This document shows positions 1-9,649 of a stretch of 64,000 nt of DNA, piece by piece (position 1 is the first letter of the stretch; the number at the start of each line of letters is the position of its first letter). Below the pieces are notes generated by a model. That model saw nothing but the letters and a program-made list of their open reading frames with translations. It was not told the origin of the DNA and did not search any database. Source of the stretch: Bdellovibrionota bacterium (lineage in GTDB: Bacteria > Bdellovibrionota_G > JALEGL01 > DATDPG01). Location: contig OY764265.1 in NCBI GenBank assembly GCA_963668355.1, positions 2,816,001 through 2,880,000 on the forward strand. Direction: 5' to 3'. The translations under genes were made by a program, and so were the position numbers.

Positions 1-160
1 CCACGAGAATTTCGCGAAAAGAACTCAAGAGGGCCGATGCTGCTTCCACCTTTTTCACACCAAAATCCGAACTCACTTTTTCGGTGGCAAAGACATTGGG
101 AATGATGGCTAAGGCTGACAGACAAGCCAAAGCACACAAAGAACGTTTTATGTTTTTCAT
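1..160 (-). CDS. Partial secreted hypothetical protein (N-terminus only; runs off the window start)
   Basis: ATG at 160 with GGAG Shine-Dalgarno at 171-174. Reads MKNIKRSLCALACLSALAIIPNVFA-TEK, a signal-peptide-like start, and stays open to position 1. Confidence 0.65.
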   Translation of the reverse strand, partial: MKNIKRSLCALACLSALAIIPNVFATEKVSSDFGVKKVEAASALLSSFREILV

Positions 161-382
161 AAAGGGAATACTCCTTTTTTGAGGGGTAAAAATCTGAACT
201 TCCCGAAAGACTTTTTGTCGAGGAGAAATCCAGAAAATGGACTACTGTTTTGAATACTTCTTAGTTTCAACGGAGCGAATCCTCTCAAAAAACAAAGAAA
301 CGACAAGAAAAACTTTACACTTTTTTCTACCAACACGCCCAGAGTGGGTTTAAGAGGGGTGAAAAAGCTTAAAAAGGCGTCT

Positions 383-688
383 TTAAACCTCTACAAAAAT
401 GTGATCGTTTTCCACCTTGGTGCGAAAGGACCTCACGGCTGCATCCGGAACCACAGGACTTTTTCCAGTCGTCACATCAAAGGGCCAACTATGCCACGGA
501 CATTTCACCACCGAGCCCTTGAGCGTTCCTTCCGCCAAAGGCCCCCCCTGATGACAACAGGCATTCTCAATGGCGAAGATCTCTCCATTGATATTAAAGA
601 GAGCAATTGTTTCGCCTTTTAGATTCACAGCGCGACTCGAGCCCACCGGAAGCTCAGAAGCCGAAAGTGCTTTTAAAAATTCTGACAT
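383..688 (-). CDS. Rieske [2Fe-2S] ferredoxin (dioxygenase ferredoxin/NirD-like)
   Basis: Motifs CCHQGGPL and CPWHSWPFD; 101 aa. Confidence 0.9.
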   Translation of the reverse strand: MSEFLKALSASELPVGSSRAVNLKGETIALFNINGEIFAIENACCHQGGPLAEGTLKGSVVKCPWHSWPFDVTTGKSPVVPDAAVRSFRTKVENDHIFVEV

Positions 689-700
689 TGTCTTGGTCCC

Positions 701-1870
701 TTACCTTTCTCGCAAAGCCGAGACAGCTTGCGCTAGAATCTCAAACGCCTGAAGGATCTCTTCTAGAGTCGTAGTTTTCCCCAAGCCCAACCGAATGGAG
801 CTTAACGCTGAGTCGGCTGAGAGCCCCATAGCTTTCAACACATGAGAAGGCTCTTCCGTTACGCCATGACAACTGGATCCCACAGAAAAAGCCAGATCTT
901 CGGACACCATCTCCAAAAGATGGGTTCCTTTCAAACCTTCAAAACTCAGGTGTAAATTATTGCAGAGTCTTTCTTCTGGATGACCATTCACGCAAACCCC
1001 ATCGAGTTTGCTTTTGAGGTTTTTTTCCAAGCCATCCCTCAAACTTTTCATTCGCTCGGCATCCTCTTTCCACTCCAACGTTAAAAGGCGACAAGCTTCT
1101 CCCAAACCAACAATTCCCGGAACGTTGAGGGTTCCCGAGCGCAAGCCACGTTCTTGCCCTCCCCCCAAAATTTGAGGCATAAGGCGCACACGAGGATTCG
1201 TCTTTCTTACATAGATCGCGCCAACTCCCTTGGGACCATATATTTTATGCGCCGAAAGCGAGAGGAGATCAATTCCACATTCGTTCACCGAAAGATTCAT
1301 CCGCCCCAATGCTTGAGCCGCATCCACATGGAAAAGAATTTCTTTGGATTTACACATTCGACCCACTTCGGCCAAGGGATGAAGGGTTCCCACCTCATTA
1401 TTTGCGGCCATCAAGGAAATCAAGATTGTGTCGTCTCGAATGGCGTTTTCTACATCGTTTATGCGAACACGCCCCCACTCATCGACATCCAAAAGCGAAA
1501 CTTCGAAGCCTTCACGTTCCAATCGTTTTAAAGGTTCCAAAACAGCCGAATGCTCGGTTTTGGAGGAGATGATGTGTTTACCGCGATCCGCGTACGCTTC
1601 GGCGGCTCCCCTAAGAGCGAGATGATTCGATTCCGTGGCCCCTGCTGTGAAAACGATCTCCTTGGCCGCAGCTCCGAGCAATCTCGCAACACATGCCCTT
1701 GCTTCTTCAATCGCCTTGGCCGCGATCCTTCCATACATGTATTGACGACTTCCCGGATTCCCAAAATGTTCCCGAAAAAAGGGAAGCATTTTCTGGACAA
1801 CGCGATCATCGCATGGCGTGGTCGCGTGGAAATCTAAATAGATGGGGAAGGATCTACGCGTTGGACCCAT
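701..1870 (-). CDS. iscS: Cysteine desulfurase, IscS/NifS group I
   Basis: IYLDFHATTP, PLP lysine in SAHKIYGPKG, GGGQERGLRSGT, catalytic Cys in SVGSSC. Start placed at the ATG at 1870, overlapping the merR end. Confidence 0.9.
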   Translation of the reverse strand: MGPTRRSFPIYLDFHATTPCDDRVVQKMLPFFREHFGNPGSRQYMYGRIAAKAIEEARACVARLLGAAAKEIVFTAGATESNHLALRGAAEAYADRGKHIISSKTEHSAVLEPLKRLEREGFEVSLLDVDEWGRVRINDVENAIRDDTILISLMAANNEVGTLHPLAEVGRMCKSKEILFHVDAAQALGRMNLSVNECGIDLLSLSAHKIYGPKGVGAIYVRKTNPRVRLMPQILGGGQERGLRSGTLNVPGIVGLGEACRLLTLEWKEDAERMKSLRDGLEKNLKSKLDGVCVNGHPEERLCNNLHLSFEGLKGTHLLEMVSEDLAFSVGSSCHGVTEEPSHVLKAMGLSADSALSSIRLGLGKTTTLEEILQAFEILAQAVSALRER

Positions 1871-2246
1871 TTGAGCTCTCCAATGAGTCCAGAATTCCTT
1901 GAAGTTCATTTCGCACGTCCTTTAGTGCTTGTTTAAACTTTCTGGAATCCTCATCTGAGGCTTTCAGTTCCAACGGCAATTGATTCGAGACGGGCTTTTG
2001 CTTCTTTCTTTCTCGCAACTTTTTCTTGGCGCCCGCAATTGTAAACTTCTCATCGTAGAGAAGACCTTTGATTCGCTTGATCAGCTCGATGTCTTTCTTC
2101 TGATACAAGCGTTGATGGTTTTTCGACTTTGTGAGTCGGATATTGAATTCACCCTCCCAATATCGAAGAACGTAGGGCTCGAGTGAGGTCATTTCGGCGA
2201 CCTCCCCGATCTTGTAAAACATCTTTTCGTAAACGTCAGTTTTCAC
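1854..2246 (-). CDS. MerR-family transcriptional regulator (type usually downstream of pheT/ihfA)
   Basis: FYKIGEVA...PYVLRYWEGEF...RLYQKKDI...LLYDEKFTIAGAKKKL. Confidence 0.9.
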   Translation of the reverse strand: MKTDVYEKMFYKIGEVAEMTSLEPYVLRYWEGEFNIRLTKSKNHQRLYQKKDIELIKRIKGLLYDEKFTIAGAKKKLRERKKQKPVSNQLPLELKASDEDSRKFKQALKDVRNELQGILDSLESSNGSNA

Positions 2247-2279
2247 AGTAATTTTAAGAGCTTAAAAATTAATAGCGAG

Positions 2280-2309
2280 AGCCTACTTCAAGCCCCTACA
2301 ACGTGTCAA
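2280..2309 (-). promoter_or_regulatory. Putative sigma70 promoter for merR-iscS-ferredoxin
   Basis: TTGACA (2309-2304), 18-nt spacer, TAGGCT (2285-2280). Confidence 0.45.
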
Positions 2310-2332
2310 GCGAATGGAAAACCCAAAACCTT

Positions 2333-4708
2333 TTAGGAACGAAGTTCTACGCCGAGGGTTTTTTGGAGATGTTTGAGAACGTTAGCTACGCTTTCGTCCA
2401 CCTCGGAATCGGTCAAGGTTCTTTCCGTCGAAGAGAAAACAAGGCTGTAAGCCAAGCTCACAAAGCCCTTCTTCACGCCCTTGCCTTCATACAAATCAAA
2501 GAGCTCCACCTGACTGAGCAAGGGATCTTTCACTTTCTTGATCTCTTTCAAAATGCTTTCGGCCGTCTGCCCTTTGGAGGCCAGAAACGCCAGATCCCTG
2601 CGCATGACTGGAAACTGAGAAATCGGTTTAAATTTAGTAACTTGAGGTCTTGCTTCAAGAATTCTTTTCAAGTCAATTTCGCACACCACACAAGGACCCG
2701 ATTCCAATTCTTTTTCCAATCGAGGATGCACACTTCCCACACATCCCACCTTTTGATTTCGCCAATACACCGAAGCAGATTTTCCAGGGTGAAGAAAATC
2801 GGGCAAGTCCTTCGGTTCAAAAACCAGAGGTCCCCACCCCAATCTTTCCGCCAAAATTTCCAAAGCTCCCTTGGCATCAAAGAAGTCCGCATCTCTTCGA
2901 CTTCGATACCATTGGCTCGACTCAATCTCTCCTGCAAACAACATGGCCAAGCGGGAAGTTTCTTGCGCCGGCGTGGCAGATTTTTCCTCGGCCTTCGAAA
3001 AAACACTTCCAAGCTCATACATCCCCAACCCCAACACCTGTCTTCTGGAATTATTTTTCCAAACCTCCAACAGATTTGGCAGAAGGGATTGGCGCATGAA
3101 CGCCATTTCCTGCGTTAAAGGGTTTTTTAAGGGAATCTCCGAACCTTTTTCCTGGGTTCGAAATCGCTCTAATGACGTTACATCCGAAAAACTATGCGTC
3201 CGGGCTTCCTGAAGGCCCACATTCCGCAGAACATCTCGAATCCGGTCCAATTGATCGTAAGGGGTGTCAAAGAGTTGGGTTTCAGCATTGGGAGGAAGCT
3301 CGACTTTGAATTCACCGTATCCATGAATCCGCGCGACCTCCTCGACCAAGTCGATCTCTCGCTCGATGTCCGAGCGTCGAAGCGGAACCTCAATCGACCA
3401 CCCCCCTTCGGACTTCACAATGGAAAAGCCTAATCTCGCAAGGTACTCCCCAGCATCTTTGATCTCTTCCCCTAAGATCCGCTGGATTGTTTTTTGCTGA
3501 AGCTGGAGCTTCTTAGAGGTTGGAAGCTCCCCTTTCAGATCCACGCCTGAAATGATCTTTCCTCCAGCCAAATTGGCAAACAATTGGGCAGACCTCGTCG
3601 AAGCATCCCAGGCTCCGCTGGGATCAACAAATCTCTCAAAGCGATGAGAAGACTCCGTATGAAGCCCCAAGCGCCGCGCCGTCAAACGAACCAAACGCGG
3701 ATTGAAATGGGCGCTTTCCAACAAAATGGACGTGGTTTGGGGTGTTACGGCCGTTCGTTTCCCGCCCATCACTCCGGCCAGAGCTATGACGCCCTTTTCA
3801 TCGGCAATCACCAAATCCTCTGCCGTAAGTGACCGTTCCACATCATCCAAACAAAGTAAGGTTTCGCCTTCTTTCGCTCGCCGCACCTCAATCGTCCCCA
3901 CGACTTTGGCTTTGTCAAAGGCATGCTGCGGTTGCCCCCACTCCAACATGACGTAGTTCGTAATATCCACACCGTTGTTGATTGCTCGAACGCCGGAAGC
4001 TTCCAAACGCGTCCGAATCCAAGCTGGAGAGGCTTTGACTTCGATGCCTTCAACATGTCTCAATACATAACGGGGACATCCTTTTCGATCCTGTACAACT
4101 GCTTTGATATTTCCGTCCGGCTGTCCAGATCCGCCTCCCGAAGGAAGCTTGGGAGACACATTCAGGGAGGCCGCCACCTCTCGCGCCACACCAATCAGAC
4201 TCAGACAATCCCCTCGATTTGGAGTCAAATCCAATTCCAGAAGCCAATCATTTCGCCCCAGGACATCGGCCAAAGGTAGACCCAATTCCGTATCTTCGGG
4301 AAGAAGAATGATTCCATCAGAATCTTCCGAAAGCCCCAACTCAGCTTCCGAGCAGAGCATCCCCTCGGAAACCTCTCCGCGAATCTTGGATTTTTTCAGA
4401 TGCAAACCATTGGGAAGCTTGGCACCAATTTGCCCTAGCGCGACGACATCCCCAGCTTTCATGTTCTTCGCACCACAGACGATGGCATAGTCATTCGTGC
4501 CATCGGTCACCGCACATAAAGAGAGGCGGTCAGCCCCTGGATGCGGACGCATTTCTTTGATCTTGGCCGTAACAACGTTTTCAAAGCCTTGCCCCAAAAA
4601 GGACAAAGCCCCCACTTCAATCCCCACGGAAGTCAGAGCTTCGGCCGCTTCTTGCGCCGTTGGCTGTTCTCCAAGAAGCTCATGCAACCAACTTAGGAGA
4701 ACATTCAT
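2333..4708 (-). CDS. pheT: Phenylalanyl-tRNA synthetase beta subunit
   Basis: HPGADRLS, VCGAKN, SEGMLCS, LTPNRGDCLS, DLVEEVARIHGY and a C-terminal FDX-ACB domain; 791 aa. Confidence 0.97.
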   Translation of the reverse strand: MNVLLSWLHELLGEQPTAQEAAEALTSVGIEVGALSFLGQGFENVVTAKIKEMRPHPGADRLSLCAVTDGTNDYAIVCGAKNMKAGDVVALGQIGAKLPNGLHLKKSKIRGEVSEGMLCSEAELGLSEDSDGIILLPEDTELGLPLADVLGRNDWLLELDLTPNRGDCLSLIGVAREVAASLNVSPKLPSGGGSGQPDGNIKAVVQDRKGCPRYVLRHVEGIEVKASPAWIRTRLEASGVRAINNGVDITNYVMLEWGQPQHAFDKAKVVGTIEVRRAKEGETLLCLDDVERSLTAEDLVIADEKGVIALAGVMGGKRTAVTPQTTSILLESAHFNPRLVRLTARRLGLHTESSHRFERFVDPSGAWDASTRSAQLFANLAGGKIISGVDLKGELPTSKKLQLQQKTIQRILGEEIKDAGEYLARLGFSIVKSEGGWSIEVPLRRSDIEREIDLVEEVARIHGYGEFKVELPPNAETQLFDTPYDQLDRIRDVLRNVGLQEARTHSFSDVTSLERFRTQEKGSEIPLKNPLTQEMAFMRQSLLPNLLEVWKNNSRRQVLGLGMYELGSVFSKAEEKSATPAQETSRLAMLFAGEIESSQWYRSRRDADFFDAKGALEILAERLGWGPLVFEPKDLPDFLHPGKSASVYWRNQKVGCVGSVHPRLEKELESGPCVVCEIDLKRILEARPQVTKFKPISQFPVMRRDLAFLASKGQTAESILKEIKKVKDPLLSQVELFDLYEGKGVKKGFVSLAYSLVFSSTERTLTDSEVDESVANVLKHLQKTLGVELRS

Positions 4709-5772
4709 CGCCCGGCTCCTTTAAATTGGTTTAAGAAACGAACATCGTTTTCATAGAAGCGATGAATGTTATCGATCCCATGAATCACCATTGCGATCCG
4801 TTCGATACCCATGCCAAAAGCAAATCCACTGATTTTCTCAGGATCGTAGGGATTCTCTTTTTCACCTTTCTTTTCCCAGGCAGGTGCTAAAGCTTCGAAC
4901 ACATTCGGATCCACCATTCCACAACCCAGAATCTCAATCCATCCCGTGTCTTTGCAAAGTCGGCAACCTTTGCCTTTGCAGGAGCCACATTCCATATCCA
5001 CTTCCGCACTGGGTTCAGTGAAGGGAAAGAAGCTTGGACGAAAACGGGTTCCGATCTTCGAGCCGAACATCATGTGAACAAAGGCCTCCAGCGTTCCCTT
5101 TAAATGGGCAAAAGAAACATTTGGCCCAACACAAAGACCTTCCACTTGATGAAACACGGGAGAATGGGTGGCATCAAAATCGTGTCGATAGACTCGACCT
5201 GGGATGATCACGTTCAAAGGAGGTTTTCTTTCCTCCATGGTACGAATCTGGACCGGAGACGTGTGGGTTCGCAACAAAAGATCGTTATCCAAAAAAAACG
5301 TATCCTGCATGTCGCGAGCCGGATGCTCCGCCGGAAAGTTAAGCGCTTCAAAATTATAGTAATCCGTCTCTATATCGGGACCCGTTTCCACGGAAAATCC
5401 CAGAGAGCGAAAGATCGAACATATTTTTCGTTCCGCCAGAGTCAGAGGATGAATGCCTCCGACAATCCTCTTTCGCCCAGGAAGCGTGACATCCAGCTTC
5501 TCTTTTTGAATCGCTTCGTTCTGCTGGGCGTTCTCCAACTCCGTCCATTTTTCTTCTAACTTAGACGTGATTCCGGACCGGAGCTCATTGAGTTTTTGAC
5601 CAAAAACCGGGCGCTCCTCGGCGGAGAGGTTTCCGATGGATTTGGAAGCCGCCGTCAGCTGACCCTTTTTCCCCAAAAAATCAATGCGAAGTTGATTCAG
5701 AGCTTCCAGCGTTTCTGCTTTTGGAAGCGCCGAATCAAAGAACTTCTTAATCTCTTTTAACGAGTCGCTCAC
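4705..5772 (-). CDS. pheS: Phenylalanyl-tRNA synthetase alpha subunit
   Basis: HPARDMQDTF, LRTHTSPVQIR, FRPSFFPFTEPSAE, GFAFGMGIERIAM. Confidence 0.98.
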   Translation of the reverse strand: MSDSLKEIKKFFDSALPKAETLEALNQLRIDFLGKKGQLTAASKSIGNLSAEERPVFGQKLNELRSGITSKLEEKWTELENAQQNEAIQKEKLDVTLPGRKRIVGGIHPLTLAERKICSIFRSLGFSVETGPDIETDYYNFEALNFPAEHPARDMQDTFFLDNDLLLRTHTSPVQIRTMEERKPPLNVIIPGRVYRHDFDATHSPVFHQVEGLCVGPNVSFAHLKGTLEAFVHMMFGSKIGTRFRPSFFPFTEPSAEVDMECGSCKGKGCRLCKDTGWIEILGCGMVDPNVFEALAPAWEKKGEKENPYDPEKISGFAFGMGIERIAMVIHGIDNIHRFYENDVRFLNQFKGAGR

Positions 5773-6122
5773 CCTGCTGATTTTGCTACAGAGACAATCT
5801 TTTCAAACGCTTTAGGATCTGTGACGGCTAAGTGGGCCAACATTTTTCGATCCACTTCCACCTCAGCCAATTTCAGCCCTTGAATCAAGCGACTATAAGT
5901 CGTGCCTTGCAATCGTGCTGCAGCATTGATGCGTTGAATCCACAAGCGACGAAAATCTCTTTTACGTCTTTTTCGCCCGACATACGCATATTGATTCGCG
6001 TGATCAACGGCTGCCGTTGCAATCGTGAAACAGTTTTTTCGTCGACCATAAAACCCTTCGGCTCGGTCCATAATTCGTTTGCGTCGACGTCTTGCCTTCG
6101 TGCCTCTTTTTACTCGTGCCAT
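5769..6122 (-). CDS. rplT: 50S ribosomal protein L20
   Basis: MARVKRG...KRDFRRLWIQRINAAAR. Confidence 0.98.
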   Translation of the reverse strand: MARVKRGTKARRRRKRIMDRAEGFYGRRKNCFTIATAAVDHANQYAYVGRKRRKRDFRRLWIQRINAAARLQGTTYSRLIQGLKLAEVEVDRKMLAHLAVTDPKAFEKIVSVAKSAG

Positions 6123-6140
6123 TGCTCTACTTCCTTTCCT

Positions 6141-6338
6141 CTAGCCGTAAGGCAACATATCCCTAACTTTGTTTACATCTGCCGTTTCAATAAAACCCGG
6201 CATTCTTTTTTGTCGTTTGCTCTTTCGCGTACGACCCGTAAGGATGTGGCGAAGTCCCTGCAATTTGAATCGAATTTTTCCAGACTTCTTCACTTTAAAT
6301 CGTTTTGCAGCTGATTTGTTTGTTTTCATCTTTGGCAT
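6141..6338 (-). CDS. rpmI: 50S ribosomal protein L35
   Basis: MPKMKTNKSAAKRFKV; lies between infC and rplT. Confidence 0.97.
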   Translation of the reverse strand: MPKMKTNKSAAKRFKVKKSGKIRFKLQGLRHILTGRTRKSKRQKRMPGFIETADVNKVRDMLPYG

Positions 6339-6353
6339 AACTACCTCTGTTTT

Positions 6354-6878
6354 CTATCGACCACGGGGAGCCAATACCATCGTCATGCTACGACCTTCCA
6401 ACTTCGGTTGTTGTTCGATCACAGCATTTTCTCCCAATGCTTCGACAATGCGTTCCAACATGCTTTGTCCCAGGTCCGTATGGGCCATCTCCCGACCCCG
6501 AAACCGAATCGTAACCTTGGCTTTGTTTCCTTCTTCTAAGAAGCGGACGAGATGTTTGACCTTAAAGTCAAAATCATGAGAGTCCGTTCCTGGACGAAGC
6601 TTAATTTCTTTCACCAAAATAACGTTTTGGTTTTTTCTCGCTTCCTGGGATTTCTTTTTCTGTTGGTATTTGAATTTCCCAAAATCCATGATTTTGCAGA
6701 CAGGAGGCCGAGCGGTAGGCGAGATCTCAATGAGATCAAGATTGTATTCTTCCTGTGCAATGCGGAGGGCTTCTCGTGTTTCCAAAATGCCCAATTGTTT
6801 TCCCTCTGGGTCGATGACCCGAATTCGTGGAACACGGATACGTTCATTCACCCGTAACGGCGCTGGTCTACCTTTCAC
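6354..6878 (-). CDS. infC: Translation initiation factor IF-3
   Basis: VNERIR...PPVCKIMDFGKFKY...KEIKLRP...FRGREMAH. GTG start overlaps the thrS stop. Confidence 0.96.
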   Translation of the reverse strand: MKGRPAPLRVNERIRVPRIRVIDPEGKQLGILETREALRIAQEEYNLDLIEISPTARPPVCKIMDFGKFKYQQKKKSQEARKNQNVILVKEIKLRPGTDSHDFDFKVKHLVRFLEEGNKAKVTIRFRGREMAHTDLGQSMLERIVEALGENAVIEQQPKLEGRSMTMVLAPRGR

Positions 6879-8793
6879 AGATTTTCTTTTCCTCCTCTTC
6901 TCGGAAAAGCTTCACGAGGCCTTCAAGCGATATGCCTGACTGTTGCTGCCCCGAGCGCTTCCTTATGCTCACTTCACGCTGAGCCATCTCGCGTTCCCCT
7001 AAGACTAACATGTAAGGGATCTTCTGAACTTGAGCCTCTCGAATTTTGTATCCGAGCTTCTCGCTTCGAAGGTCCACCTCTACTCGAAAGCCCTGAGCGA
7101 CCAATTGGTCTTGAACTTCCTTGGCGTAAGAGGCCTGTTTGTCCGATATCGGCAACACGACCGCTTGAACCGGGCTCAGCCAAAGCGGCAAAGCTCCGGC
7201 ATAATGCTCGATTAAGCACCCAACAAAACGTTCCATGGACCCTAGCAGAGCCCTATGAATCATGATGGGCGCGCGCCTATTACCATCCTTGTCTACGTAT
7301 TCCAAGTTAAATCGGGCGGGCAGATTAAAATCTACTTGGATGGTTCCGCATTGCCAAGATCGGTTCAGGGAGTCCCGAACCTTGATATCGATCTTGGGAC
7401 CATAAAAAACGCCCTCTCCTGGGTCGATTTCAAAAGGAAGCTCTGTCTTTTCAAGGGCTTGCCTCAAGGCCTCCGTCGCTCGATCCCAGTCCTCATCACT
7501 TCCAACCGCCTTCTCTGGCTTTGTGGAGAGGTAAATGTCGTATTCCGTAAATCCCATGGCCCGATAGATATGAACCATGAATTGAATGACCCGTGTGATC
7601 TCTTCATTGAGCGTCTCGGGGGTAACGAAAAGATGGGCATCATCTTGCGTGAAGCCCCGAACGCGCAAAAGGCCGTGCAAAACCCCGGATCGTTCGTATC
7701 GGTAAACCGTCCCCAACTCCGCCCATCGAAACGGAAGGTCTCGATAACTTCTCAGCTTAGAATTATAGATCTGAATATGGAAAGGACAGTTCATCGGCTT
7801 GATGAGGTAAGGCTGCTCTTCCACATCCATGGGAGAATACATATTCTCCTTGTAAAAGCTGGAATGCCCTGAGGTTTCCCAGAGATGAGCTCGGGCTACG
7901 TGAGGTGTAAAAACCAAATCATATCCACCGCTTATATGCTCTCTTCTCCAAAACTCTTCAATTAAATATCGAAGCAACGCCCCCTTGGGATGCCAGAGGA
8001 TCAATCCGGGTCCCACTTCTTCAGAAACACTAAAGAGGTCAAGTTCTTTGCCAATCCTTCGATGGTCCCGCCTTTTGGCCTCCTCAATTCGCTCCAAGTA
8101 TTCCGCAAGGGCTTTTTTGTCCCCAAACGCCGTCCCATAAATCCGTTGGAGCATCTCGTTAGACTCATCCCCTCGCCAATAAGAAGCCGAAGAATCTAGC
8201 AACTTTACGGCTCCGATTTGAGAAGTGGATTGAACATGCGGTCCACGGCAAAGATCGACAAACTTCCCGTGCTTAAAGAGCGTAATGTCCTCCCCCTCAG
8301 GAATATCGGCCAAACGGGAAATCTTCAAATGCTCTCCCATCTCCTCCAAACGTTTCTTGGCCTCTTCGCGTGTGACCACCTCGCGCTCGAAAGGAGCCTT
8401 GGACTTTAAAATTTCCTTCATTTTGGCTTCGATTTTCTCCAAATCTTCCGGAGTGAAAGCCCGATCGATTTTGAAATCATATTGAAACTTTTCAGAGTGA
8501 TCCGTCCGCCCCACATCAATCTGCACATCCGGCCAAAGCTGCTTGACCGCATCGGCCATCACATGTTCCGCAGAGTGCCGTACGACGTCATCCGCTTGAG
8601 GGTCTTTGCTTGTAACAATCTCCAGCGTTACGTTCTGATTGAGTGGCGTGCGCAAATCCACCAATTTTCCATCGATTCGACCGGCCAGTGCAGCTTTCGC
8701 CAACCCGGCACCAATCTTCTGGGCCACATCCAGAACGGTACTTCCATCTTCAACTTTTAAGCAGTCGCCATTGGGCAAACGTATTTCAGGCAT
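6868..8793 (-). CDS. thrS: Threonyl-tRNA synthetase
   Basis: TGS domain, editing motifs HSAEH and DLCRGPH, KPMNCPFH, RVRGFTQDDAH, FYGPKID, IHRALLGSMERF. Confidence 0.98.
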   Translation of the reverse strand: MPEIRLPNGDCLKVEDGSTVLDVAQKIGAGLAKAALAGRIDGKLVDLRTPLNQNVTLEIVTSKDPQADDVVRHSAEHVMADAVKQLWPDVQIDVGRTDHSEKFQYDFKIDRAFTPEDLEKIEAKMKEILKSKAPFEREVVTREEAKKRLEEMGEHLKISRLADIPEGEDITLFKHGKFVDLCRGPHVQSTSQIGAVKLLDSSASYWRGDESNEMLQRIYGTAFGDKKALAEYLERIEEAKRRDHRRIGKELDLFSVSEEVGPGLILWHPKGALLRYLIEEFWRREHISGGYDLVFTPHVARAHLWETSGHSSFYKENMYSPMDVEEQPYLIKPMNCPFHIQIYNSKLRSYRDLPFRWAELGTVYRYERSGVLHGLLRVRGFTQDDAHLFVTPETLNEEITRVIQFMVHIYRAMGFTEYDIYLSTKPEKAVGSDEDWDRATEALRQALEKTELPFEIDPGEGVFYGPKIDIKVRDSLNRSWQCGTIQVDFNLPARFNLEYVDKDGNRRAPIMIHRALLGSMERFVGCLIEHYAGALPLWLSPVQAVVLPISDKQASYAKEVQDQLVAQGFRVEVDLRSEKLGYKIREAQVQKIPYMLVLGEREMAQREVSIRKRSGQQQSGISLEGLVKLFREEEEKKICER

Positions 8794-8843
8794 AAGGCCC
8801 GTAAATCTACGTATTTAGACGAATTTAGCAATAGGGATTTGAG

Positions 8844-9302
8844 CTAGTCGAGGAATCGAACCGCGCAGGCTTCATAGCGTTTGGGAAAACCATCAAAGTA
8901 TGCGTAACTTCCTGCTCGTTGAAACGTCACGTTCGCCAAAGATTCCCCTTCGCCGGAGTCGTAATACGTCACTTTCACACCGAACCGGTCCACCCTTTGG
9001 CCCAAAATGGCTCGAAACTCCTGAATGTCGGTTTCCCGGTTGATGGCTCGATCCACTTCTTCCAAAAACACTTCTCGCAGAGGCTCATCGCACCAGTCGT
9101 CTCCATTTTTGCAAAAAGACACGACATATTTTTCATGTCGGTCTATCCCCAAGATCCCAAACCATAACTCATAGTCAACGTCGGGAATCTCGCAAAAAAC
9201 CAGGTATTCCGTTCTCGTATTTCGATACCGGTCGAAATCCGGAGTCTGAGCGCCCAGGGGCAATGAGATCAACAGAATGGCCAAAAGAAAAAATGTCTTC
9301 AT
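8844..9302 (-). CDS. Hypothetical secreted protein
   Basis: MKTFFLLAILLISLPLGA signal peptide with GGAGG just upstream. Three Cys pairs are not evident, and no family was recognised. Confidence 0.6.
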   Translation of the reverse strand: MKTFFLLAILLISLPLGAQTPDFDRYRNTRTEYLVFCEIPDVDYELWFGILGIDRHEKYVVSFCKNGDDWCDEPLREVFLEEVDRAINRETDIQEFRAILGQRVDRFGVKVTYYDSGEGESLANVTFQRAGSYAYFDGFPKRYEACAVRFLD

Positions 9303-9389
9303 ATCCCTCCAATTTCGGTGCCCCATTTTATAACGCATTGCTCAAGCAAAGTAAAAGGGACTCGACGGAGGGATTGAATGGCCGATCTC

Positions 9390-9649
9390 TTTCGCCTTCA
9401 CCCCTTTCCTGAATCCGTGGCTCCGCCACGTCTTCGGAGAGCTTTAGAAATCCTATGCTGCTGTTTGGGAATGGTGGGTGCGGGCAGGATTCACGCGCTC
9501 GCGCGCGTAGACCCTTTGGGTGACAGATTGTCCACCCATTTCATGGGTCCCCGGCCAATCTCTGGTATTTCCCGTAGTTTTTTTGACCTGCTTCGCAGGT
9601 TCAAAAAACGAGGGTTTGAACTGCCGACCTCTACCGTGTCAAGGTAGCG
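9390..9649 (-). repeat. Partial duplicate of tRNA-Val (anticodon arm to CCA) plus ~80-nt trailer, interrupted by a 126-bp insert (9492-9617)
   Basis: 9472-9491 and 9618-9649 match the intact tRNA (9784-9835) exactly. 9390-9471 matches 9703-9783 with about 5 differences. Confidence 0.9.

Noticed and set aside
2303..3118. 271-aa plus-strand ORF and similar long antisense ORFs (7255-7872, 35928-36500, 36507-37118, 51917-52534)
   Set aside because: They are shadow ORFs opposite well-supported genes and have no recognisable motifs.
8794..8843. T-box or operator leader for thrS
   Set aside because: The intergenic gap is only 50 bp and has no T-box consensus.
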